Translations under genes and position numbers: made by a program
Notes under the pieces: model-generated
The model's input: the letters and a program-made list of their open reading frames with translations, nothing else
Told to the model about the DNA's origin: nothing
The model's database searches: none
Source: a virus
Taxonomy: Duplodnaviria; Caudoviricetes
DNA: 64,000 nucleotides
IMG/VR virus record: IMGVR_UViG_3300028586_000020
Coordinates: 1 to 64,000 of that record
Strand: one strand, 5' to 3'
Part shown: piece after piece, positions 56,601 to 64,000 of the stretch
Position numbering within the stretch: the stretch's first letter is position 1
Layout: each line of letters starts with the position of its first letter

Positions 56601-58126
56601 AATCAATCCGTCAGCACAATAGCAGCGCAGGCAAATCGCGTTCGGCGTTGAACATGGACCCGTTCGCTGTCTTCACCGCCATCCAGACCGACCCATCGAA
56701 AGCGCTCGTTAACGAAATCAATCCGATCCAAAACCTGAAGGAACAGGAAGCTGTCACGTACAACGGCACCGGCGGTCGTAATAGCCGGACGATGACGAAG
56801 AAGACCCGTACGTACCACAAGAACGACATGGGCCTTATTTCGAGCGATACAGTCGATAGCTCGGATGTCGCGATCAACACTTCGACGTCGGCTGACCCAC
56901 AGTTCACCTCACTGCGTGGACTAACGCGTCGTTACGATGATAGCATGGGTCGTACGGCTCTGTTGTCGACAGCGGTGTTGTTAGCGCCTGGCACCAGTAG
57001 CGATGACATGAAGCGCGCTAACTTTATCGGTATTCAGCACTCCCACAGCGTAGCGTGTGCCGGCTATCATCAAATGCCCGTAAGAACCGGTTACGAGCAA
57101 GTTGTAGCGCAGCGTACTGGTGACATGTTTGCCGCTGCCGCTACTCAAGATGGTAAAGTCATTTCGGTCGCACCAACCGGTGTGATTGTGCAGTATGCCG
57201 ATGGCACCAAACAAGGCTATGAAGTCGGCCGCCGTTTTGGTAACGCAGCAGGTCTGGTGATTCCGCATGAAATCCGTGCGAACGTCAAGTTGGGAGACGA
57301 GTTCAAGAAGGGACACATTCTGATCTACAACACAGGCTTCTTCGAGCCTGATATGCTCAATCCGAACAATGTGGTATGGAAGGCAGGGTTGTTGGTAAAG
57401 ACCGTGCTCATGGAAGTTCCAGAAACCTTGGAAGACTCTTCTGCCATCTCTGCGCGGATCACCGACCGCTTGACAACGAAAGTTGCTAAGCCGGTAGAAG
57501 TGGTCGTGACGTTCGACCAAGCCATCTCAAAACTGGTCAAAGAAGGGCAAGCCGTTTCGAGCGAAGATATTTTATGCATAATCGAGGACGCTGTCACCAG
57601 TCAGGCTAACCTGTTTGATGAGAATTCGCTCAACACCCTGAAGCTGCTGAGTAACTATGCTCCGCAAGCCAAAGTCAAAGGGATCGTTGAACGTATCGAA
57701 GTGTACTACCACGGTGAGAAGGAAGACATGAGCGATTCGCTGCGTGCGATTGCAAATGCTGCCGACAAAACTTTGGCAGAACGTTTCAAGTCAACAGGAC
57801 GCAAAGTCTTGACCGGTAGTGTCGATGAGGCATTCCGCGTAGGGGGCGAACCCTTGCAATTCGAGCATCTCTGTATTCGCTTTTACATCACCTCCGAAGT
57901 GGAAATGGGTGAAGGCGATAAAGGCGTATTTGCCAATCAAATGAAAACCGTTGTTGGTAAGAAAATGGTTAGCGAATACAAAACAGAGAAAGGGGAAACC
58001 ATCGATGCGGTATTCGGTGCGCAAAGTATCGATAACCGGATTGTGCTTTCGCCGTACATCATCGGTATGTACAACGTTCTCTTAGACCTGGCAGGCCAAG
58101 AAGCGGTCGCAGCATACGAGTCTTAA
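53693..58126 (+). CDS. Virion RNA polymerase beta subunit (gp178-like)
   Basis: RKQRGD, TYNGTGGR, DDMKRANF, LEDSSAIS and GDKGVFANQMKT RpoB-like motifs. Confidence 0.92.
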   Translation: MLLDFNLFYRNYGLRRVEQLMAPRFGHLENFQLPRRAIFHSAHGSPNQYGPSDNDVALQGFSAAIMKDNRVVQKAQARNIWMHHVLKLAPGYLGQPQNQSTQPAALIRQYHQHYRRFRNSQDEKALADVNSLMVYNYNVLPHLLRYPRGQFNQYLEWYNIERTMWSEIARLAQISDRPQFVLCHVPQVLPPRSILQQYDTMEPSKPLARVTKVFYSNDHLFLGEVWKWFGENRRQSLIGLVPRKYLNRVNLVFLESGQWTTVNLGMLDSWRKPQPDEMFPNEEVRPNLIAPLTFQNRILRFFMSVTQLRSVAPAEITDLNTHQVLDADDKEELKKELATITKVDSGPAVTNATTGTTSIATTQLKAQLNSPADDKPDDTAESVKVDANLDASIDAELAEMEKALATPEDESDATAQNILAKREAWITTPQAVDAVIPPLERPSHEEALLRIAKNNLASGAITAAQYRNYERVAHAYKSMKAPEGNMSLEQFINISPESLLISESKAMPDIETVPDKSMLKSSLLDFDQRYTKEIMQRDVASMVMCFAQAGYGVTEYEVEKVDSLMGAYNMYTVRVLPTDGAASTVRFKLPIIEPDGSYMANGVKYTMRKQRGDIPIRKTAPDTVSLTSYYGKAFVRRSEKKVNNYAMWLTNNLMAKMLDDADNSITNGHPGDMSDNTAKVPRLYSIIASAFNGFTLTTSALSGPIGATAFQMSFDHTKREELFGKDAMAKYEKDGAILAGVSSTKSHYFLIGKAGLCTLVGPTLTGEDQVTEMAFEQIVGLDRMKAPVDIAVMKVSGSAIPLGVILAYEMGLDPMLALLKSKIRRVPAGTRMNLGLNEEAVIFNDEAVIFDKNDRLTGLFLGGFNEYHRHIRRYNVHLFNSKEVYLNVLEADGLGVRYIREMNLFYQMFIDPITRDILTEMKMPTDMRALLVVAGTMLMTDDHPDELDGAFMRLKGYERMAGAVYSEMVKSIRQHNSSAGKSRSALNMDPFAVFTAIQTDPSKALVNEINPIQNLKEQEAVTYNGTGGRNSRTMTKKTRTYHKNDMGLISSDTVDSSDVAINTSTSADPQFTSLRGLTRRYDDSMGRTALLSTAVLLAPGTSSDDMKRANFIGIQHSHSVACAGYHQMPVRTGYEQVVAQRTGDMFAAAATQDGKVISVAPTGVIVQYADGTKQGYEVGRRFGNAAGLVIPHEIRANVKLGDEFKKGHILIYNTGFFEPDMLNPNNVVWKAGLLVKTVLMEVPETLEDSSAISARITDRLTTKVAKPVEVVVTFDQAISKLVKEGQAVSSEDILCIIEDAVTSQANLFDENSLNTLKLLSNYAPQAKVKGIVERIEVYYHGEKEDMSDSLRAIANAADKTLAERFKSTGRKVLTGSVDEAFRVGGEPLQFEHLCIRFYITSEVEMGEGDKGVFANQMKTVVGKKMVSEYKTEKGETIDAVFGAQSIDNRIVLSPYIIGMYNVLLDLAGQEAVAAYES

Positions 58127-58131
58127 ATCCA

Positions 58132-58172
58132 CAGGGCGGCTAACGCCGTCCTGTGTTTCCGTCTTCTTTTTT
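58132..58172 (+). terminator. Hairpin terminator
   Basis: cacagggcggc-taac-gccgtcctgtg, then a T-rich tract. Confidence 0.7.
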
Positions 58173-58189
58173 AGTAACCAAAGGAAATC

Positions 58190-58387
58190 ATGAAAAACCT
58201 CTCATCGTTGCAAACCGTGGTAACGCTCGCCAATGCGGCTGAGCTTACCGCAGGCATTGCAAAAGAAGTGCTCGGCAACGACGTCGCCGATTCGATCGAA
58301 GGCAGTGAACTGACCTCCGACGTCGTACGCGATATCGCCCTGGCCCAAATCCAGACAAACCTGTCCACCCACAACGGGAGCGTTTAA
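58190..58387 (+). CDS. Small hypothetical protein
   Basis: AAAGGA RBS; stop overlaps the next ATG. Confidence 0.7.
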   Translation: MKNLSSLQTVVTLANAAELTAGIAKEVLGNDVADSIEGSELTSDVVRDIALAQIQTNLSTHNGSV

Positions 58388-59815
58388 ATGCTCAGCACCA
58401 GCGCGATCTACAAAGCCATTGCCTTGGCTGACCAATTCGATGCTCGCAACATCATCCTAAAACCCCTGGGCGGTTCGCCCCTGCACCACGTCATCGAAGC
58501 ATGCTCGATCAAGCCGGAGATGGCTTCGAAGAACGAAGGCGGTACCGTCGACATCGACTTCTTCCGTATCGACCAAGCGGCTAATGCCAAAGAAGGCGTG
58601 TTCGATCGTTCGCGTCACGATTACGCCATGGCTGACTTCGTGAACCTGGGCGCCGAGACGGTGCGTCGTCAACTGAACGTGGCCCGTAACCTGGTTGCCC
58701 CGCGCGTGCGTAGCCTGCTCGAACTGACCACCATGCGTCTGGCCAATGCTCCGGTGTCGGATCTGTCGAAACTGCGCATCAGCGAAGAAGAAGACTGCCC
58801 AGCCATTTACGGTCCGAACCTGCGCAAACTCGTCGACCAGTACGCCAATTACCACAACGCCGAACCAGCGCTGTCGATCACCGGTTCCGAACTCGGCACG
58901 GCCGACATCCTGAAATACCTGGAAACGGGCATCTCGTCGATCGATGAAGATCTGATCCCATGGGCCGCGTCCCAACCAGAATCGGTCCTGCAAGATGCAT
59001 ACCGCAGCTTCTTCACTATCCTGAATGGGCGCGATGGTCGTGGCTACTACGGCCGCATCAACAAGTCGGTCGTGAAGATGGTGCTGGTGTATTGCATCGC
59101 CCGTCACCTGCTGGAAAACGACATCGTCCTCGACGGCGTGACCCAGGGCCTGAAAGAATACCGCGCCGCCCTGACTGCCATCATGGCCCAAAGCGCCCAC
59201 CTCTTGACCATCGAGATGGAAAAGAATGATTCGGCAATCCAAAACGGCAGCTTGGTGCGTTCGATCACGGGCACCGAAATCCGTGTCTTCCCGCCAGTCT
59301 ACCGCGAATGGCTGAAGAACGGCGGCAACACGGACGTGCTGTATGGCATGGCCAATTCGGGCGAACCCAAGTTCACCGTCGATGCCATCAGCGAAAACGC
59401 CGACAAGTACATGAAGTCGTGGAACAACTACGCTTCGCTTGTCACCGCGCGTGACAGTCTCTCGCGGATGAACTTCCTGCGCGAGCAACTGATCCTGTCC
59501 TACGAAAGCATCATCGCTGCGCCGAACGAAGAGGGCGTCATGCCTGACCCGATCGCCGTGCAAAACGAAATGAACGACTTCCGCGCTGTGCTGCGCACGA
59601 TGTCGTCGATCGATGCCGAAGACCTGGAACTGATGTGCCTGAAGCTGGTCTGCCGTGCATCCTTCGCTGAAACCCCAGCGGAGATGATCCTGACCAAGAT
59701 GGACGAAGAAACCAAGAAGAACCCGAAACTGTCGCCGCGTGAAGCTGGTGCGCTGGCAGTGATCTGGTACGTAGCAGCCTGGGTGTCGTCGCTCATCGAG
59801 CTCGACAACGCTTAA
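58388..59815 (+). CDS. Conserved phiKZ-like protein (position of gp177)
   Basis: 475 aa; synteny between the vRNAP beta gene and the head protease. Confidence 0.65.
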   Translation: MLSTSAIYKAIALADQFDARNIILKPLGGSPLHHVIEACSIKPEMASKNEGGTVDIDFFRIDQAANAKEGVFDRSRHDYAMADFVNLGAETVRRQLNVARNLVAPRVRSLLELTTMRLANAPVSDLSKLRISEEEDCPAIYGPNLRKLVDQYANYHNAEPALSITGSELGTADILKYLETGISSIDEDLIPWAASQPESVLQDAYRSFFTILNGRDGRGYYGRINKSVVKMVLVYCIARHLLENDIVLDGVTQGLKEYRAALTAIMAQSAHLLTIEMEKNDSAIQNGSLVRSITGTEIRVFPPVYREWLKNGGNTDVLYGMANSGEPKFTVDAISENADKYMKSWNNYASLVTARDSLSRMNFLREQLILSYESIIAAPNEEGVMPDPIAVQNEMNDFRAVLRTMSSIDAEDLELMCLKLVCRASFAETPAEMILTKMDEETKKNPKLSPREAGALAVIWYVAAWVSSLIELDNA

Positions 59816-59828
59816 ACGGTCAATCAAC

Positions 59829-60542
59829 GTGGATTATAGTAAACTGATCCATGATGGCGAAAAGGCCAAGTCCGTTCTTGTTGAAATCGGTGATAAGTTG
59901 GTAACGAAGAAAAGTGTGAAAATCGTTATCCCTGCCCGGTTTGCAGAACGAGGCTTGGCCTATGTGGGCATCGACACGAGTATTGTTGGCATCTTCGCGA
60001 TTATCGTGGAAGACCAGTATTACGGTGTCTCGCTCGCCAACGCCATGATGCGTATTACCCCAAGCTCCACCACCAAAGTCACTTACGACGATGATGAGTA
60101 TTACGAGTTCACGTTTGACGCCGGAGCGACGGTTGTGCCATCGCTCCAACTGGTGAAGATCGACACACTCGTGTACCAAATCTACGATGAGATCATTTCC
60201 AAAGGCCGCGTGCCTTGGTACTTGTCGTACGAACTAATGGGTATGCTCTTCGATACCGCCAAAGAACACGCTGGCGCCAACATCGGGCAGCAACAAGAAG
60301 TGACTGAACTCATGGTCTCTTTGATTGCGCGCGATGCAGAAGACCGTACCAAGTATTATCGTCAAGTGATCGGTGAAGATCCCAAAAAGAAACTCGCCTT
60401 TATCCCGCTCCGGAGTGTGGCCTATGCTGCAACCAACACCCTCAACAAACTCGCTGGCAGTTATGCGAAAGATGGTTTGGTTTCTGCGCTGGTCATGCCG
60501 ACTGAACGGGTGGAGCGCCTTGAAGATTTACTGAGAAGGTGA
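59829..60542 (+). CDS. Conserved phiKZ-like protein (position of gp176)
   Basis: 237 aa; GRVPWYLSY motif; synteny. Confidence 0.65.
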   Translation: MDYSKLIHDGEKAKSVLVEIGDKLVTKKSVKIVIPARFAERGLAYVGIDTSIVGIFAIIVEDQYYGVSLANAMMRITPSSTTKVTYDDDEYYEFTFDAGATVVPSLQLVKIDTLVYQIYDEIISKGRVPWYLSYELMGMLFDTAKEHAGANIGQQQEVTELMVSLIARDAEDRTKYYRQVIGEDPKKKLAFIPLRSVAYAATNTLNKLAGSYAKDGLVSALVMPTERVERLEDLLRR

Positions 60543-60585
60543 TAAATTTATCCCTAATTACGAAAAGCGAGAGTGATAAATAACC

Positions 60586-61386
60586 ATGTTTGGAAATCCT
60601 AACTCCGTAATTTTCGCCTGTACCTCACTTACTGGCGTTAACAAAGTTGGCACCTTAAAGAAGACGCCAGAAGGCTACTACCCGATGGTGGTGGGTGCGC
60701 TGAACGTCTTTAACTCCGGTGGTCAATTCTATCCCATCAATAACGAAGTGCGCGCGCTGTTCGAAGAATCGAGTTCGTTCATGCGTCGCGTGCAGCGTGG
60801 CGCGTTGCGGGGCGAGATGGGTCACCCCAAACCCCCACCGCGCAGTCTCAATCAGCAAGAACAGCGTCTGCTTGACCAAGAGTTCGTACGACGCAATCTG
60901 TCGATCTACGAAGAGCGGGTGTGTTGTCACCACATGAAAATTTGGCTGGACTTCGATTCTGTCAAAGACAAAGAGGGCAAACCTGTCATCTCAATCATGT
61001 CGCTCGTCAAGCCCAGTGGTGAACTTGGCCATGTGCTGGAAAAGCAACTGGAAAATCCTTACGAAAACGTGTGCTTCTCGATCCGTTCGTTTACCGACAA
61101 CCGCACCCGTTTCGGTGTGGAAGAACGTACCCTGAAAGAAATCGTCACGTTTGATAACGTCAACGAACCCGGTATCGCAACTGCGGAACGTTGGACCTCG
61201 CCTTCGCTGGAAAGCGGATTTGAAATGGAAATGAGTCGTGGTCTGCTCGACAGCGCAATCATGATGAACCGCCCAGCTGGTATTTCGGCTGAGTCGATTA
61301 TCGTTTCCCCAGCAGCATTGTACAATGCGCTGAACTGGTCACTCCCGAACGAAAAAGCGCAGCGGCGCCCTTCGCAAGGTTGGTAA
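60586..61386 (+). CDS. Prohead (head maturation) protease, gp175-like
   Basis: GALRGEMGHP, FSIRSFT and VTFDNVNEPGI motifs; C-terminal SLE and SAE self-cleavage-type sites. Confidence 0.88.
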   Translation: MFGNPNSVIFACTSLTGVNKVGTLKKTPEGYYPMVVGALNVFNSGGQFYPINNEVRALFEESSSFMRRVQRGALRGEMGHPKPPPRSLNQQEQRLLDQEFVRRNLSIYEERVCCHHMKIWLDFDSVKDKEGKPVISIMSLVKPSGELGHVLEKQLENPYENVCFSIRSFTDNRTRFGVEERTLKEIVTFDNVNEPGIATAERWTSPSLESGFEMEMSRGLLDSAIMMNRPAGISAESIIVSPAALYNALNWSLPNEKAQRRPSQGW

Positions 61387-61392
61387 ACCTAC

Positions 61393-61428
61393 TACCCCTC
61401 ATCCTGCGGGATGGGGGGTCTTATGCCG
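61393..61428 (+). terminator. Hairpin followed by TTATGCCG
   Basis: cccctcatcc-tgc-gggatgggggg-tcttatgccg. Confidence 0.6.
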
Positions 61429-61567
61429 TATGGTACTAAATAGTTTTGACACTATATCACTATTTTGAATTGCAATAGTAGTTGTCATTATGCAAAAAAG
61501 CAATACAGAAATATCGGTCATCCACCTGCTATAGAGCAGATCCACCATTCAAAGTAGAGGAATCAAA

Positions 61568-62155
61568 TTGGGTACTCCCGTCAATCCCCTGTGGGATAAA
61601 GTTCTGGTTGTGTTCAAAGGCCATGAGCACAAGCTGTCCAATGTGCTCGCCAAAGCCACACCTGGTACGGTCGAAATGGAACTCGACAAAATCGATCTGG
61701 ACGCAACGACTGCTGAAGTACGTTACGACGACGCTGTCGAATGTGAAGACATTGGCCGTGGCATGCCAATCTTCTACAAACACGAAGGCAAGTTTATCGT
61801 GTTCACTGGCCGGCAAACCGTGGAAACGGTGAAGACCCACGCCAAACCAAAACCTGACGGCAAACCCATTACCGTTACCGGCCGGCTGTTGTCGTCAGTG
61901 GCACTCAAGTCGATTCGCATTGTGAAAGACGTGCCTGTCGAACCAACGCCTGCCGCTGCACCGTTTAACCCGCCGCGCTTTACTGGTAGCATCAACCCAC
62001 GCCCTACCGAGCGCCGCGTGCCTTACCAAGACCGTCCTCGCCCGACGAGTTCGAGCATGTATCCCCCGCAGTCCAGTTCGTCGCGTTACGATTCACCCTA
62101 TCCTGGTCAAACTGCCCGTACGCCCTACGGTAAGTCGACCAAAAAACCGCAGTAA
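61568..62155 (+). CDS. Hypothetical protein with a disordered Pro/Ser/Arg-rich tail; start uncertain
   Basis: GAGGA RBS before TTG 61568. Confidence 0.6.
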   Translation: MGTPVNPLWDKVLVVFKGHEHKLSNVLAKATPGTVEMELDKIDLDATTAEVRYDDAVECEDIGRGMPIFYKHEGKFIVFTGRQTVETVKTHAKPKPDGKPITVTGRLLSSVALKSIRIVKDVPVEPTPAAAPFNPPRFTGSINPRPTERRVPYQDRPRPTSSSMYPPQSSSSRYDSPYPGQTARTPYGKSTKKPQ

Positions 62156-62174
62156 TCTTTGTAGTACCGTTTAT

Positions 62175-62310
62175 GCTAGAGGTGGCCGAGTGGCTGAAGG
62201 CAGGTCCGCTGAACCGAGAAAGATGAAAATCCTATCGGAGGTAGATACCTGGAAGGGTGAGTTAATCTCACCGGAGTAAGGCATGGGTTCGAATCCCATC
62301 CTCTAGCGCC
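62175..62310 (+). tRNA. Atypical tRNA-like RNA (Ser/Leu-like D-arm) with a 65-nt insert in place of the anticodon loop; isotype cannot be assigned
   Basis: Acceptor (G)CTAGAGG/CCTCTAG(C); D-arm GCC-GAGTGGCTGAA-GGC; T-arm ATGGG-TTCGAAT-CCCAT. Confidence 0.75.
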
Positions 62311-62352
62311 TTGTTTTAACCCGTAGTACATACCACCAAAAAGGAAACCAGT

Positions 62353-62862
62353 ATGAGTACCGATAAAGCCGACATCAAGCTGAACCCAGCCGTCGAAGAA
62401 ATGTCCAGCAAGATCCGCGAAGCCATCAGCGTCACGATCACCGGTAAAGGCGGCGACGTCGCTAACGCCGAGAACATCTACGAAAGCCTGCTGCCTGCTG
62501 ACATCCCTGCCGACCTGGTCAAGCGCATCAATACCCACAACGAAATGTTCATGGCTGCCGCCGTCGACGCCGTCGGCGATACCTCGCGCGACTCCGCTTC
62601 CCAGAACGCCGACCTGACCGTCGTCAACGCCAGCTTCAACATGACCGGCCGCAACAAGTTCGATGTCCAATGGGACCGCGAAGTCGAACGCAACGCCGGC
62701 ATCGCCGAAAAGGGCAAAGTCGCACCGAAGAAAACCGTCTACGGCGCCATGTCGGCCAAGCTGACCGTGGCAGGCACCGATAGCGGCACCGGCGAAATGA
62801 ACAAGGTCATGCGTCGCCAGAAACAAGCCGCCCACGACCTGTTCTCGACCGCCACCGCCTAA
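62353..62862 (+). CDS. Hypothetical conserved protein, probably highly expressed
   Basis: AAGGA RBS; strongly C-ending codons. Confidence 0.75.
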   Translation: MSTDKADIKLNPAVEEMSSKIREAISVTITGKGGDVANAENIYESLLPADIPADLVKRINTHNEMFMAAAVDAVGDTSRDSASQNADLTVVNASFNMTGRNKFDVQWDREVERNAGIAEKGKVAPKKTVYGAMSAKLTVAGTDSGTGEMNKVMRRQKQAAHDLFSTATA

Positions 62863-62939
62863 GCATCGCCGGCCTGGGCCACACGGCAAGCATGAAAGCT
62901 CACCAGGCACACCCATGCAAGCCCAACGGCTAAGCCAAA

Positions 62940-63300
62940 AAATCTGGCGTACTCCGCAGCGTCTACCAAACGGTACGGAGTACGCTAGTAAAAGGAACTA
63001 GGGTCATCCTTGTCTTGTATTACATACATCGATGTACCAGGCACACAGACAGAGTATTGCCTGGTACAGAAGGTGTCACTGTAAGACGAAGTTCTCTTTA
63101 AGAGAACATTCCCTCATCTCTTTCGAAACATACCTCTTAGCCTGACGGGGCAAACACATGGGGCGCATTGGTCCTCATCGAAAGAGATGTAAGTAGTCCA
63201 TGTCCGCTACCGTAAGGGAAGTTGGCAAACAACAGACATGGTTGTGACCAGGCTCTCGCTCCTTCGGGAGCGAGAGCCTGAGTTATGATGTCTCTTTTTT
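62940..63300. ncRNA. Candidate structured ncRNA or leader region
   Basis: At least six long stems within an ORF-free gap of about 600 nt. Confidence 0.4.
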
Positions 63301-63305
63301 TTTTC
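63249..63305 (+). terminator. Perfect 14-bp hairpin with downstream T tract
   Basis: caggctctcgctcc-ttcg-ggagcgagagcctg. Confidence 0.75.
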
Positions 63306-63409
63306 ATTTTTAAACACAGCCTCTGTGAGGCGTTTATTTCCTATGGACACAAGAATCTACTCAGCCACAGAAACAAACGCTCCTAGGGGCCTTATAGACC
63401 GTTTTGACA

Positions 63410-63457
63410 GCATACTACCCATCCATCCCCGCTGTGGAGATGGATGGGAGTATGACG
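63410..63457. terminator. Hairpin flanked by CATA and TATG
   Basis: gcatac-tacccatccatc...gatggatgggag-tatgac at the end of the tail tube gene. Confidence 0.7.
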
Positions 63458-63461
63458 TTGT

Positions 63462-63998
63462 TTAGACGTTGATTTGACGATTGGCGATGCTTTGCACGCT
63501 GGCATCGAAACCGACACCACCAGCTGCGCGTACATCTGCGCTGATCTGGTTGATCATGGCCTGTTTCATCATCGGGTTAGCACCGACGTAGTTGACCGTG
63601 TTCAGGATCTGCTGCGCGAACGCGTCGACACCGGGGCCGACTTGGTGCAGGGCGGTGAACGACAGATCGAGCTGGACCGTTTGCATGTCCTGGGTCTTGT
63701 CTGCCGAACCGACGATGTCGCCCGTGCCTTCTGGGAACATGTTGAAGCAGAGCCAGGATTGCTGGACTTTGCGACCGAATGCATCCGGCTCGATGTAGAG
63801 CACGGTCATCGTGGTTTGGTCGGCGAGCAGATCAGGCGCTTGGCCGCTGTTGTAGGCCGCTTGAAACGCTGGCAGGGTGGTCACCATAGGGAACTTGGTG
63901 TCCGGGTCCATGCCCGCATACAGCATCCAGGTTTCGATCAGGCGTTGGATCGGGCGACCGAAGCGTTCGATGTACGAGTGCTTCGGCTGCGATTCAGC
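63462..63998 (-). CDS. Tail tube protein (phiKZ gp30-like), 3' part; continues beyond the window
   Basis: Frame open to the window edge: ERFGRPIQRLIETWMLYAGMDPDTK...EPD...WLCFNMFP...FTAL. Confidence 0.8.
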   Translation of the reverse strand, partial: AESQPKHSYIERFGRPIQRLIETWMLYAGMDPDTKFPMVTTLPAFQAAYNSGQAPDLLADQTTMTVLYIEPDAFGRKVQQSWLCFNMFPEGTGDIVGSADKTQDMQTVQLDLSFTALHQVGPGVDAFAQQILNTVNYVGANPMMKQAMINQISADVRAAGGVGFDASVQSIANRQINV

Positions 63999-64000
63999 GC

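Noticed and set aside
52068-58126. Inteins or introns in the RNAP genes
   Set aside because: Lengths are close to those I recall for phiKZ-type subunits, and I saw no intein termini or homing-endonuclease motifs
58457-59827. 456-aa antisense ORF
   Set aside because: Shadow of a gene with strong codon bias; no RBS or recognisable motifs
62176-62916. 246-aa minus-strand ORF covering the tRNA-like element
   Set aside because: Antisense to 62353..62862 and to the tRNA-like RNA; shadow-type composition
63180-63245. Group I intron remnant (AAGTAGTCC resembles the S element, followed by a P9-like hairpin)
   Set aside because: No matching GACTA R element for P7 and no interrupted gene nearby
1-64000. 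Genome-wide stop-codon reassignment
   Set aside because: Core genes are intact under the standard code and end in TAA, TAG or TGA; only one internal TAA was found

Overview
This window is part of a phiKZ-like jumbo phage (Chimalliviridae-type). The diagnostic markers are three virion RNA polymerase beta/beta-prime subunits, a gp175-type head protease, a gp181-type tail lysin, the tail tube, UvsX/RecA, RNase H and SbcC. phiKZ gp numbers come from recalled motifs and gene order, not from a search. Layout: (1) 1-10 kb is an accessory, probably early, region with a PEP-CTERM exosortase substrate, other secreted proteins, proteins carrying RNAP alpha-CTD domains and winged-helix paralogs. (2) 10-11.4 kb holds holin-like and endolysin genes. 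(3) 11.5-19.6 kb is a tail-fibre locus in which two paralogous fibre genes enclose a 967-aa Pro/Gly/Asn repeat protein, a prolyl-hydroxylase-like 2OG-Fe(II) oxygenase, two paralogous DUF6065-like proteins and a fibre chaperone. This is the best candidate for an undescribed system, namely phage-encoded modification of a fibre. (4) 19.6-62 kb is the conserved structural, recombination and vRNAP core. (5) 62.2-63.3 kb contains a tRNA-like RNA whose anticodon loop is replaced by a multi-hairpin insert, and a long structured intergenic region. All functional claims beyond the motifs quoted are inference.
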